From the NCBI GenBank assembly GCA_950097015.1, contig CATNEN010000031.1, positions 3,286,001 through 3,350,000 of the forward strand: a stretch of DNA of 64,000 nt, written 5' to 3'. Made by a program: the position numbers and the translations under genes. Position 1 is the first letter of the stretch, and the number at the start of each line of letters is the position of its first letter. The notes beneath the pieces are model-generated. The model did no database searches and was not told the DNA's origin. It saw only the letters and a list, made by a program, of their open reading frames with translations. Positions 1 to 12,913 of this stretch are shown one piece after another. Source of the DNA: Macrostomum hystrix (lineage: Eukaryota; Animalia; Platyhelminthes).

Positions 1-241
1 ATCACGCGAAGCTTAAAGTGCGGTCTCCAAGAACCGGGGCGCATTTTTAAAAGCGTCAAAGCCAATTTGCCCGAGTAGTCGGCGCGAGTAACTATACCAG
101 CGTTTCTAAACTTTAACGCCTCGTCATCTAATCACAATTCGCACAGAATCAGGTCGCCTCAGTTTCTAAGAAAGCAGAACCCATTTAAAACGGCTCGCAT
201 GCTCTCACTGATTGATGAACTGATCGTATTCTGCCTGTTTA

Positions 242-353
242 TACAGCGGCTGATCCGGAAATGTCGTGCTTATAATTTCAGTTCTCATTGTACCTAATTT
301 TCGGTGTCGAGATTCTTGTTTCCGTTAATAAGCCTTTCCGGATCAGCCGCGTA
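242..353. mobile_element. Small MITE-like element (Tc1/mariner-type ends)
   Basis: Perfect 16-bp inverted repeat GCGGCTGATCCGGAAA ... TTTCCGGATCAGCCGC with TA at both outer ends (242-243 and 352-353). Confidence 0.5.
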
Positions 354-701
354 CTGGAGTTGTTGGTTAATTCTCAATAGCAGTATAATCTGTAGGCTTC
401 AAGTATTCAACAACAGTTCTCGCCATTTGCGTTTTTTAACAAATTTGTATGAATCTTACGATTGGCATTTTTTCCTGTAAATTTTATTGATCAATTTTTC
501 AGTTTTTTTAAATTCAGTGATGATTGTTTAAATAAATTGTCCTTGTTTATCTGCGATGTGGCTAGCGTGACATAACTGACAGCAGCATCAGACTGTCTCA
601 TTCTCAGCATGCATGATTGAGAGCAGGTATTAGGTCACTAAGACTTATGATTGATCCCATTCTTTTCTTGCTTAGATATTTTTAGTTATCTATTGACCTT
701 T

Positions 702-905
702 AACAGTAGAAAGACGGCGCCATTTAGGTATTTCAAATACCCACTCCCTACTTCACGATAGTTTCTTTGCTTCATTTTAAGGCGTTGAATATCTGGACGA
801 TGCCGATGTTTTGTGATTCTGGAAGTTGTTTCATCGGATAGAGCGGAAAATTTGAGCCCGTTTTCTGGATTTTCATGGCAGTCGGTTCAATATTTTGGGA
901 GATAC
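702..905. repeat. Dispersed repeat family with (G)GTATTTCAAATACC palindromic core; other copies at ~19880-20020 and ~22144-22260
   Basis: TAACAGTAGAAAGAC..TATTTCAAATACCC..CCTACTTCACG is shared with 22144-22230. The reverse complement of 815-900 aligns to 19929-20010. Confidence 0.5.
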
Positions 906-1149
906 AGAAACGGGAGGAGGCTAGCAGGCTAGCACTAGCTGATCTGGCTGAGTTTGCTCTGCCGCTCCCATTGTTGACGATGGAATTATGGGAATTACAG
1001 TCATCCAGAGTGAGCTCAGGCTACTCAGCCACTCAGAGCGAGAGTTGAAAACACTTTACATGCGCGTGCGAGTCTCACAATGCATTGGCGGCTAGCGGCG
1101 AGAAATTATCCATTTCAGGCTGGTCGAAAATTTGCAACTGAAAATTCCC

Positions 1150-2900
1150 AATAAAAAGAGATAAAATATTCGGGCTAGGACCCACTCGAATCCCAAGGTG
1201 AGAATTAGAGAGTAGCTGTGCTCGAATCCCATTAAAGTGGAGATTTTAGAGTAAGTGTACTCAAAAATTGTGTACTCACACTCACACACTCAGATGTACT
1301 CACACCTTCTCAAGAGTGGATTCGAGAGAAGGTACAAGGGATTAACTCCCGAAGTGGAGATTGGAAAGGTGAAACTCAAATCCCAAAGTAAGGATTCGAA
1401 AAAGTATATCGGGGATTCACTCAAATCCCAGTGATGATCGGAAAGTACGAGTAGGTGTGGGGAATTCATTGAAATCCCAGAGTGGGGATTGGAAAGGTGT
1501 GGGATTAACTCAAATCCGAGTGGGGATCGAAAAGTTGGTTTGGGGGATTAACTCAAATCCGAGTGGGGATCGAAAAGTTGGTTTGGGGGATTAACTCAAA
1601 TCCCAGAGGGGATCGAAAAGTAGGTGTGGGATTAACTCAAATCCCAGTGGGGATTAAAAAGTAGGTGTGGGGGATTAACTCAAATCCCAGTGGGGATCGG
1701 AAAGTAGGTGTGGGGGATTAACTCAAATCCCAGTGGGGATCGAAAAGTAGGTGTGGGGGATTAACTCAAATCCCAGTGGGGATCGGAAAGTAGGTGTGGG
1801 GGATTAACTCAAATCCCAGTGGGGATCGGAAAGTAGGTGTGGGGGATTAACTAAAATCCCAGTGGGGATCGGAAAGTAGGTGTGGGGGATTAACTCAAAT
1901 CCCAGTGGGGATCGGAAAGTAGGTGTGGGGGATTAACTAAAATCCCAGTGGGGATCGGAAAGTAGGTGTGGGGGTTAACTCAAATCCCAGTGGGGATTGG
2001 AAATTAGGTGTGGGGGATTAACTCAAATCCCAGTGGGGATCGGAAAGTAGGTGTGGGGGTTAACTCAAATCCCAGTGGGGATTGGAAATTAGGTGTGGGG
2101 GATTAACTCAAATCCCAGAGGGGATCGAAAAGTAGGTGTGGGATTAACTCAAATCCCAGTGGGGATTAAAAAGTAGGTGTGGGGGATTAACTCAAATCCC
2201 AGTGGGGATCGGAAAGTAGGTGTGGGGGATTAACTAAAATCCCAGTGGGGATCGGAAAGTAGGTGTGGGGGATTAACTCAAATCCCAGTGGGGATCGGAA
2301 AGTAGGTGTGGGGGATTAACTCAAATCCCAGTGGGGATTGGAAATTAGGTGTGGGGGATTAACTCAAATCCCAGTGGGGATCGGAAAGTAGGTGTGGGGG
2401 ATTAACTCAAATCCCAGTGGGGATTGGAAATTAGGTGTGGGGGATTAACTCAAATCCCAGTGGGAATCGGAAAGTAGGTGTGGGGGATTAACTAAAATCC
2501 CAGTGGGGATCGGAAAGTAGGTGTGGGGGATTAACTCAAATCCCAGTGGGGATCGGAAAGTAGGTGTGGGGGATTAACTAAAATCCCAGTGGGGATCGGA
2601 AAGTAGGTGTGGGGGTTAACTCAAATCCCAGTGGGGATTGGAAATTAGGTGTGGGGGATTAACTCAAATCCCAGTGGGGATCGGAAAGTAGGTGTGGGGG
2701 TTAACTCAAATCCCAGTGGGGATTGGAAATTAGGTGTGGGGGATTAACTCAAATCCCAGTGGGGATCGGAAAGTAGGTGTGGGGGTTAACTCAAATCCCT
2801 GTGGGGATTGGAAAGTAGGTGTGGGGGTTAACTCAAATCCCAGTGGGGATTGGAAATTATGTTTGGGGGGGAATTCACTCAAATCCTAAAGTGAGTATTA
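1150..2900. repeat. Minisatellite, 43-bp unit GTAGGTGTGGGGGATTAACTCAAATCCCAGTGGGGATCGGAAA, degenerate at the left edge
   Basis: Period 43 (e.g. 1747 to 1790), with ~30 homogeneous units from ~1500. Confidence 0.95.
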
Positions 2901-3354
2901 TGGTGTTAGGATTAAATTTCTGGGGTGAGGATTAGTGACAAGGTGTGCGTCAATATCACTTCAAATGGAATCGGGAGGCCAGTAGTAGATGCACAAAAGC
3001 GAGCAGCCAGCATTATACAAACCGGCTTTCTTTCTGCCAGGAAGTGCGAACCAGTGAAACAAGTTGAAGCGGAAACCCGGCCGAGCGTATCAAAGTTTCA
3101 CACAGAGATGGAAAACTACTGAATGTACGGCATCACTAACTAGCCGGGTATTTGACTTGATGCATGACAAGCGGCATGGGCTCAGCGGAGCTGCCTATAC
3201 GGGGCATCGATCCAGCACCGAGTCCTATTTGAGCTCATTTTTCTTCTCCCTAAAAAATCGAGCCGCTGTCGATGGGTGTTGCGATTTCTGCTGGGTTGGG
3301 TTCGCAGTTTGGTTTGCTCCAAGTCAACAACACCATGGAAAATTTTGCACCCAC

Positions 3355-3648
3355 CCGACCGGCGCCAGCGAAGCCCGCAGTTTCCGGTGGCCCGGCGCTG
3401 GGCTTAATTAATTGGCTGAAATAATAAGCCTGAGCTGCTACTGCTGCCGCTGCCGCTGCTAGTTCAACTTGTCCGCACTCTGGGCAAACTGCCATTGAGC
3501 TCTGTGAGCGCATTGCAGTTAGGGGCGGGCAACTGGCGCATTGTTGGAAGTTTAGATAAGAGATCGTCCGAGCTGCGATCCCATTTGGATAATGACTGTT
3601 AAAGCAATTAGCAGACGGATTGTTGCGCTTCTCATTTTCATTTGTCAA
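3355..3648 (-). CDS. Possible orphan coding exon (Ala-rich, unrecognised)
   Basis: ATG at 3648 opens a frame with a poly-Ala run and GC-rich codons like the real exons here. There is a possible donor CGG|GTGGGT at 3355. No family recognised. Confidence 0.25.
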
Positions 3649-3829
3649 ATTAGACGCGTGAGTTGGAGCTCAATTTGATCCGATTAAACATTCTGGGCGA
3701 CTCACTTCCCACACTATTCTGTTATCCTAGAAGTCGATTTCGATAAACCGATTTTTCGGTTTGTGAAACAAACATGGCATGTGAATAGAGAGAAACTTCA
3801 GGTCAATTGTGGCCAGTTACCGCTGGAAA

Positions 3830-3950
3830 AGGTAGGGAGCGGGCTGTGAAGGGAAGAATGGTAGGGAGCGGGCTGTGCAGGGAAATAAAGGAAGGGAGCG
3901 GACTGTGAAGGGAAGAAAGATAGGGAGTGGGATGAGAAGGGAAACAAAGG
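3830..3950. repeat. Short degenerate ~30-bp purine-rich tandem repeat
   Basis: GGGAGCGGGCTGTGAAGGGAA recurs about 3.5 times. Confidence 0.6.
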
Positions 3951-4261
3951 AACGGAGAAAGTTATTTTCGGATTCTGACGAAGGTCAAAACAAAAGCTGT
4001 AAGTTTTCTGAATGCAAATGGTTGAGCATTAGAAGCAGAATTTACTCTGAAATTAAGTGCAGCAGCTTGTTTCTGCTGGCTGTACATACTAGACAAAACA
4101 AACAGAGGCTTTAAGTGTATTTTAGAATTTAACTGTTAAAATCAATACGAATGCTGATTAATTTGCAGGTACAACTATTTTAAGCCACATTAGCATATTT
4201 TTGTAATATAGAAAAATTTTTGAAATGCTAAAAGCCATATCTTGTAATCGAGAATTTTTTC

Positions 4262-4995
4262 GGAGAGGAGAGAGAGAAGGGTAGAATGGGAGGAGAGGAG
4301 AGAGAGAAGCGTAGAATGGGAGGAGAGGAGAGAGAGAAGGGTAGAATGGGAGGAGAGGAGAGAGAATGGTAGAATGGAAAGATGAGAGGAGAGAGAGAAG
4401 GGTAGAATGGGAGGAGAGGAGAGAGAGAAGGGTAGAATGGGAGGAGAGGAGAGATAGAAGGGTAGAATGGGAGGAGAGGAGAGATAAGGGTAGAATGGGA
4501 GGAGAGGAGAGAGAGAATGGTAGAATGGGAGGAGAGGAGAGAGAGAAGGGTAGAATGGGAGGAGAGGAGAGATAGAAGGGTAGAATGGAAAGAGGAGAGA
4601 GAGAAGGGTAGAATGGGAGGAGAGGAGAGAGAGAATGGTAGAATGGAAAGAGGAGAGAGAGAAGGGTAGAATGGAAAGAGGAGAGAGAGAAGGGTAGAAT
4701 GGAAAGAGGAGAGAGAGAAGGGTAGAATGGGAGCAGAGGAGAGAGAGAATGGTAGAATGGGAGGAGAGGAGAGATAGAAGGGTAGAATGGGAGGAGAGGA
4801 GAGATAGAAGGGTAGAATGGGAGGAGAGGAGAGATAGAAGGGTAGAATGGGAGGAGAGGAGAGAGAAAGGTAGAATGAAAAGAGGAGAGGAGAGATAAGG
4901 GTAGAATGGGAGGAGAGGAGAGAGAGAGTGGTAGAATGGAAAGAGGAGAGGAGAGAGAGAAGGGTAGAATTGGGGGAGAGGAGAGAGAAGGGGGC
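4262..4995. repeat. Purine-rich minisatellite, ~30-bp unit GGGTAGAATGGGAGGAGAGGAGAGAGAGAA
   Basis: GTAGAATGG recurs at 4281, 4311, 4341 and onward. Confidence 0.95.
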
Positions 4996-5799
4996 AGAAT
5001 GGGGAGAGGATAGACTAGTGCAGAGTGGTCCGACAGTAATCAGAAGAAGCAGGTGTAAAGCAGTGCAGTGAGTGATTCTGCAGGAGAGCATTGAAGTGGC
5101 AAGGACCCGGGAAGTGAGCTGCATTAGCGAGTGCACTAGCGAGGCAGACTAGCTGCGATGAAGGCAGAGCGAGAGTGGAAAGCTGGATGGCCCAAATTGA
5201 CTTAGCGGCTGCCAAATTAATGCCAGATTAGTCGTAAAATAGGGAGAGAGAGAAGAAATTAAGCGAGACAGATCTCCAATCGCTACCTTCTGTTCTTAAG
5301 CGGCAGTTTCCTAATTTCAGATTCACAATTTTAACGCATCTAATTAGTAAGCGGAGTGATAGCGCAATGGATTGTTGTGTAGCATATATAATAAATGGAA
5401 ATCAGTTTTAACATTAGCAGCAGCTTAGTGTACACGCAGAGAGAGAAAGACAGAGAGAATCCAAGAATCCGCCAAAACCATTAACGATAGGTCATTAACT
5501 ATGTGAACAGCACATTTTAAAATGATAAATCATTACTAGGTAACAAAAATCTAATACAGTTTCAAAATAGTTAATGCCGTCTCGTCATTTGCGTAGTCCT
5601 TATTTGTTACACAAAAACATGTTTTGAACTGTTTAAGAGCATTGAGAATGAAATTTTATAAACTCTACATAAAAAAAATACATTAAATTATATCGATCAA
5701 AAGGTAACCTGATTGGTTTTTAGAAGAACTATGAAAATATCACCAAATAGGATAAAAATAATAAAACAAAATTACTGGGATCTCACCTGATTCTCATTT

Positions 5800-6410
5800 C
5801 TATGGGTTTCTATGGCAGAATACCCTGTTGGGATTCTATGGGAGCAAGAATACCCTGCTGGGATTCTATGGGAGTGAGAATACCCTGCTGGGATTCTATG
5901 GGAGCAAGAATACCCTGCTGGGATTCTATGGGAGTGAGAATACCCTGCTGGGATTCTATGGGAGTGAGAATACCCTGCTGGGATTCTATGGGAGTGAGAA
6001 TACCCTGCTGGGATTCTATGGGAGTGAGAATACCCTGCTGGGATTCTATGGGAGTGAGAATACCCTGTTGGGATTCTATGGGAGTGAGAATACCCTGTTG
6101 GGATTCTATGGGAGTGAGAATACCCTGTTGGGATTCTATGGGAGTGAGAATACCCTGTTGGGATTCTATGGGAGTGAGAATACCCTGTTGGGATTCTATG
6201 GGAGTGAGAATACCCTGTTGGGATTCTATGGGAGTGAGAATACCCTGTTGGGATTCTATGGGAGTGAGAATACCCTGTTGGGATTCTATGGGAGTGAGAA
6301 TACCCTGTTGGGATTCTATGGGAGTGAGAATACCCTGTTGGGATTCTATGGGAGTGAGAATACCCTGTTGGGATTCTATGGGAGTGAGAATACACTGTTG
6401 GGTTTCTATG
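5800..6410 (+). repeat. Minisatellite, 30-bp unit GGGATTCTATGGGAGTGAGAATACCCTGTT (~20 units), in the DENND11 3' region
   Basis: Exact 30-bp period, starting ~60 nt past the DENND11 stop. Confidence 0.95.
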
Positions 6411-6469
6411 GAAAATTTTATAAAATTTACTATTTCGAAGTCCGCCCACGCAGGGGCCGGAGGGTCGCA

Positions 6470-8680
6470 CTACAGCGGGCAGCAAGAGTTGTTCGCCAGG
6501 GCAGCTTCCAGTCCCCGAAGGCGCATCAGCTCGACAAGGAATTCTCGATCCGGCCGGGCGCCCAGGTCGAAGCCGAACTCGCGCGCCGCCACAGCGCTGA
6601 GCAGGTGACCTTCGCCCGGCTGGGCTGCGCGTTCCAGGGCGGCGCCGAAGCCGCGGTTAAAATCCGCAAACCAGCGCAAGGCGTCGACGGGCGAGCGTCG
6701 ACGGCCGTACTCGGATTTAGCGCTGGTGAATCGCCGCCTGTCACCGGCGGTGACGCAGCACAGCCGCTGGCTGGTCGGCCCTAAAGGCGAGGGCTTCAGG
6801 CGCCAGCCATCGGTCACTGCCAGGTGCCAGAGGTCCGGCTTGTCTAGCAGGATGGCCTCGGTGCTGCAGGCGGCAAAGTGCGTCAGGCTGCGCAGCCTGT
6901 CGATGTCGGCGACGCTGACGAATAGCTCCGGCTGCGGCGCCGGGGCGCCAGTTTCTGCGGCCAAGGCGCAGGCGAAGAGAACTGCGGTATGCAGAATGGT
7001 CACAGGCATCACAATGACCAGCTAGCGATGACAGCACTTCATGACAAAACTGTCTACGACTGGACTCCATGACCAATAGTCTATGCCTGCACTTCATGAC
7101 AAAACTGTCTTTGTCAATTATGCGTCATGACTGCAAAACGACTACATTGCCGACCTTCGCACCAAATTCAGAGCTGCTAAGGGAATTCAGCTTGTCATTT
7201 TTCAAGTATTTTTCTGAATTCAGTCATACTGAACAAAAAGCAACATCATAGTTATTCAAATATTTAATGATACAAATTGATCGTGCTCACCAAACAGGCA
7301 GGTCTCGCCAATGGGAGGCGGAGAGCAAAATAGAATTCTCTTGCGCAGCAGCATGAATTTCCACAGGATCATCAGCTGGTCGCCGAACCCGTCGAAGAAG
7401 GCGTCAAAAGCCAGCGAGTGTCGCTGATCGCTAAAGAACTGGACAAAATAGAGAAAGAAGCTAGAGCTGTCTAAGACTTCAGAAAAAATCTTACTAAAAC
7501 AACCAAAATATTACCGCCGTCACACACTAACAATTGCAGAATGCGTTTGAGAACACTTAAATCGCTACGATTTCTCGTACCCATAGATACCAACAGGGTA
7601 TTCTTATTCCAATAGAATCCTCACAGGGTTCTCTTAATCACAAAGAATCCCAACAGGCCATTCTCACTCCCATAGAATCCCAACAGGCCATTCTCACTCC
7701 CATAGAATCCCAACAGGGTATTTTCACTCCCATAGAATCCCAACAGGTATTTTCACTCCAAAAGAATACCAACAGGGTATTTTCACTCCGATAGAATACC
7801 AACAGGGTATTTTCACTCCCATAGAATCCCAACAGGGTATTTTCACTCCCATAGAATCCCAACAGGGTATTTTCACTCCCATAGAATCCCAACAGGGTAT
7901 TTTCACTCCCATAGAATCCCAACAGTGTATTTTCACTCCCATAGAATCCCAACGGGGTAGTTTCACTCCCAGAGAATCCCAAAAGGGGATTTTCACTCCC
8001 ATTGAATCCTAAGGGTATTCTCACTGCTGAAGAATCTACAGAGCGTTCACACACTCATTGAGTGCCAGCAAGGACTTATATTATTAGTATCATGATCCTT
8101 CCCGCTTTCAGTTCAGATGCTATGCATAGAGGTCCCTGGCGCAAGTGTGTTCAGGCTCCGACTCAAAGTATTTTTCAAAGTGGCTTACCCCCAAGTCGAG
8201 TCCAAGATGCTCAATTTCACCGTCGAACTCGTCAGCACCGTTCAGCTGTCTGCGCTGCTGGTCAACAAAGGCGGCCAACTCGGTGTAGTCGGCTCCGCCA
8301 TCTAGCAGGCGGTCGGCCTGGCGTCGCAGGAAGGCGGCGTGTCGGCTGAGCAGCGCCGGCCGGTTGGCAAGGACGCCAACTGATCGGATGCGAGCTCCGC
8401 GCTCGGCGGCGGCCGCCGCTGCCGATCCCAGCAGCGACAGGTCGCGTTTGACGCAGACGGCCAAGCCAAACAGGCAGCCGCAGCGCATGTAGACAAAGTC
8501 CACGGCCAGATCGTGGGCGCCGCTCGGTATGGCTTTGAACTCCAGGCCGGGACTGGCCAACTCCGCTGGTCGGCACCACTCCACCAAGTTGCCAACGTGG
8601 GTGTCGAATGCGGCGACAAAGGCGCCGGATATGGCAGGCGGCGGCAAATTGTCGCCCTCGACTGACGCTTCATAATTCAT
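6470..8680 (-). CDS. DENND11: DENN domain-containing protein 11 (LCHN/KIAA1147 family), 3 exons, ~383 aa
   Basis: Exons are 8680-8189, 7438-7291 and 6981-6470, all GT-AG, with phases 0 and 1; the total of 1152 nt is in frame. Motifs [70 protein letters not shown] and C-terminal NNSCCPL parallel vertebrate DENND11 (family recalled, not searched). Confidence 0.9.
7590..8030 (-). repeat. Same 30-bp minisatellite family in inverted orientation (~14 units), DENND11 intron 1
   Basis: Plus strand CATAGAATCCCAACAGGGTATTTTCACTCC is the reverse complement of the 5800-6410 unit with one fixed difference. Confidence 0.95.
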
Positions 8681-8849
8681 GACTTGATTTGTCTAGACTT
8701 ACTGCGAAACTGCAATGACGTATAGTTCATTTTTAATGCTTTCTGATTAGTACTAGTAATGATAGTAAAAATGGCTCAATAAATGAGCCAGCGAGGCGAT
8801 TCTGTTCATTCTGCTTGCTGACTTCTGAACATCTGCGGCAGACACAAAA

Positions 8850-8970
8850 TCACCCAGGTGTGTTCATCTTCCCTGACTTCTTTATCGTCAAGCAGTGTAC
8901 ACCCTTGCTGTGCCTTGAGGTTTCGCTCTCAAAGGCGTAAATTGCACAACAAGCCCTCAAGCCTTCTTTC
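8850..8970 (-). mobile_element. SINE fragment, copy D
   Basis: CAGGTGTGTTCATC..CCCTGACTT and CTGTGCCTTG..AAGGCGTAAATTGCACAACAAGCC match 57414-57515. Confidence 0.5.
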
Positions 8971-11900
8971 TAATAAAATCGTATTATATGAATCAGTCTC
9001 GGGGGCTGGAAAACTGATTTATTCTGTCGAAAGTACAAGAAATTGGTGAAAAATATAAGCAAAACAGTCGCAGTAATGCTTTTAATTAAGCTTTATGAAA
9101 AAAACGGGCAAAAACACCTGGCCACAAGCACTCCGGATTGTCTAAAGGTAAGGATGTTTATTTCACCAGGGCACTACAAATGGACAGATCCACTTAATTA
9201 TTTCTGACTGCTGTGTGGGCTACAAGTAAAGGCAAGAACTTAGGTGTGTGTTGCAAAAACTGTAGCCTGGTATAAAAGTCGGTAGCCTTTTCTTGCCAGG
9301 TAGTAAACTAGCGGGTTCATAATTTATCCCTTAAAAAGCAACTATCCTTGAGGCAAACAGCAATAGTCTTTATGCTTAGATAGGAAAACCTGTGTAAACT
9401 TTTTTTTCGATTTGTTGGTACTCTACTCTAAGTAGCATAACCAAAACTATAAATACATGTCCTCACTTTACAACATCAGAATATCATACAACTTCCGCAA
9501 GTTCATTTCATGCTGGATTTTAATTGCTCTAGCTACTCATAATTCTCATGAAATAAGCAAGGAAAGGTAAGAAAATGGAGCTAATTGCTATTTGTGACGA
9601 ATTACTAAGTAATAAGAAAGCAAAAAAGTATACATATTTTCTGGGAAATGAAATTTTACTAGTTTAACTAGTTTTTAATAGTCTTAGTTGACAAAAAATA
9701 TCATATAATTTAGATAATTTACAGACTATACCATTGAAGAGACACACATTGTACATAAACTATTTGTAAATACATTTTTGTATATAAACAATTTGTTTAT
9801 TCCAAAAAAATGTTTTTTTTCAACTTTTTTCACCTAAATTTAATAATTTTTTTAAATCGAAAATTGTTCAGTCTCAAACATCAAATAAACAAAAAAATCA
9901 GCACCCAATCGGTGTGCACACCTCAAAAAATAATAATAATAGTACATAAACATGGTTCAGAAGCTATTCTGTGAAATATAGAAAAGGAATAGAAATCACA
10001 CATATCAAAATTTCTATTGTAGCTAATATATTGATACCAATAATATATATATATAATATATATATATATATGAACAGTAACATAATAGACAAATGAGAAA
10101 TTAAATTAGGCCTACTTGCATAAAGACCAAAATTTATTTCTGAAAAACTTAATCTTAAACTCTGACCTAGACTTTTCAGTCAAAAGAGATTAGAAGCTAT
10201 TGTCACTTTTAAGTAGCTAGCCACTTGTAAGGTCACATGACATATATGTGACTTGCTGTTGGCAGGTGATCATTAACTATAAATTTACTTAAAAGTTACT
10301 TAAGTTACTTAAAGTTACTTAAAAGTAACATGATTGTCAAATAAAATAGTTATAGGCCTAGCAAATAGCTAAGCTGACAATCTGCTTACTAACAGTTTTA
10401 GAAAGACCGAATTACAGTAAACAGCAAAAAACTTCTACAGTTTGCTAATAAGATAATGAGGCATTATAATCTGTAATCGTTAATGTAGCTATATAACCAA
10501 TTTTACCATGTTTTTTATGAAAACCAAGGGTTTTGCATATGAATATGATATGATTTATCACATGATATTACACATTTTTTTAATTTGCAAACGAACATTT
10601 TACAACACACTATTTCATCAAAGCCTACCACTTATTATACAACTATGCTGTTTGCAAATAGTTTTGGTGATTAGTTATGAAAGATTAGAGTATAAAAATG
10701 TAAGCTGGGTGTACATAATTTTTAGATGAGTAAATGAATATGAGTATAAGTAAGCTTTAGTGTAGCTTGATATTCTAAATTGAGACAGGATAGATAGATG
10801 CTTATCGAAGCCAGAAATGGTGTGGATTGTAATAAATACTCGTTAAGTTTCTACGAAAAATGAAAATTAAACAATGACACAACGCACATGATTTCTAACA
10901 GAACGAAGTAACGACTAGTTTTTTTCTGATATAGTGTCAAAAAAAGAAGCAAGAAATAAAACAATAAGGATAACCATGCAGATTCGGAGGTTTAGGAAAA
11001 AACAGTAGCCTTCGGCTTTTAACATCAAGGATTAGAGTTTTAATCATATAATACCAACGTTTTTATTTGCATCCAGGCTGAAGTCTGGATAAAAGTACAT
11101 GCATTTCTTGACCACAGATTACTATAATTCAGTATCAATTGTCGAAAGTTATTAACATTATAGTTATCATCGTATCTTTAATCTTGGCTAAAGCAATTCA
11201 TCAATCAGAAAAGAAATTATCAACGCTATTTCTTAGCTTACATTTCACCTTTACCCAGTTTCTTTTAATAGAAAAAACTTTCAAAATAATTTACAGACAT
11301 GAGACATGTTAGAATCGAGCTTCGAATAAAATCAATCTATGCAGTTTTGATGTTTTGTGCATACAATTTTCACACTTTTTGTATGATTTAACATGCAGCA
11401 GCCATTACATGCAGAGCGTTGAATGTAGAACCTCGATAGTCACCTCGCCGCTGAACACCCATTTTCCGGCCAAGTATGACTTGGCTGTCCCAAATTTACA
11501 CGGGGCAGATAGGCAACTCGGATGCAAGTTTTCTTGGAGAAAAACAACGGAATAACTTTGATTTTACTTTACCATTTTCATTGATGCAAAAGTGATCGTC
11601 TTTTTGTGCTACATACACACTTTAGGTATTTCTTTACGCTACTTGTAGTAGTAGTAAAAGATAGTAGAGCAACAACACTCCAACAAAGCTGTTGCAAGAT
11701 GACAATGTTTATTACCAATGGGGCCGCTATCCGTTTACTCCATAGAAAAGAAGGCCCGGAAAGGGATCGAGAAGAATTGTGGGAACTCCTCGTTTTTTAC
11801 TTTACTTTAAAGTAAAGGAAGGTGGTCGGTACTTTAAACTGACTTTTTAGTTTAAAGGTTAATTAAGTTTTTAAAAGTAATTTTTCCTTCTCAGCAGCAT

Positions 11901-12431
11901 AATTTGAAACATAATGACCTTGTAATAACCTTCGAATGAAAGATGGAAGATGGCATCTTCCAATTAGTTCTCATTATAGCTTCAGCTTAAGCTTACTTTA
12001 AACTTAAACTTACTTTAAATTTATATATAAATCTCCGGTATAACAGTCGATACTATACGCTATGGCCTTATTTTTTATACCACTCTCATATGCTATCTTA
12101 AGGCAGTCGTCTACACTCTCGTAAATACTCGGGGAAAACATGCATGACTTAAAAATCTGTTGATGCCCTTGTTATCATAGTTATCAGTTTGTGAAAAGCT
12201 CCAGTTTTTTTTGTTGCCAAATCGGACTGGAAAATCGAGTTAAGGGCTTGGTAGCTTATTACAAGGTCATTATGTTTCAATTATGCTGCTGAGAAGGAAA
12301 AATTACTTGACTGAAGATAGGCCAGTTCTCGTTCGCTTGCTCTTTGGGTCGTGGTTTCGTGGACCGAACTTTGGAAGGGAAAAATATATTGTTTGCTTCG
12401 CTCCATGTCTGGGTCGACAGGATTGAAGGGT

Positions 12432-12857
12432 GGGGCGGGGGCGGGGAGTGGCGGTCGGCCAGTGTAGAAATGTCACGCGGTCCATGTGTGATAGCAGGCG
12501 TCACTTCCGAAATTACCGACCACCGACCCCTCTCGTGTTTAAAACAAGTTGCGCTTTCGGATGCGAATTTCGGGCATGCGTGAACTCTGTGCATTGTGCA
12601 TGGTCACGAGGCCACGCCTCCTCGCGCAACCCACCGTACACTGCCATTTCTAATTCACGCCACGATGCATGCGCCCACCGCGTGAAAATGAAGCCTAGTC
12701 TTCGCTTGTTGTTGCTAATTTTAGCACAGGAAACCCACTCCGACCTTTAGGCATTTACCCAGGGCATGCGAGAGCCTGATGATTCCGCGGGAAGAGAACT
12801 TTATATAGCAAGCTTGGAGGGCCGCCGTGTCCTTAGACCAAGCGAAAAGCCACGCCC
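12432..12857 (+). promoter_or_regulatory. Proximal promoter of the KLF gene
   Basis: Tandem GC boxes at 12432-12446, GCGTCACTTCCG (CRE-half/ETS-like) at 12498-12509, TATATAG at 12802-12808 and CCACGCCC at 12850-12857, in a GC-rich island just upstream of ATG 12914. Confidence 0.55.
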
Positions 12858-12913
12858 CAAATTGTCCCACACTTTCGTAACAAGTTTTCAGCCTGCTAGA
12901 CAGATTCTCAAAA

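Noticed and set aside
5772-6784. ORFs with [10 protein letters not shown] / [10 protein letters not shown] / [10 protein letters not shown] repeats
   Set aside because: They come from the 30-bp array and run into the antisense strand of DENND11 exon 3.
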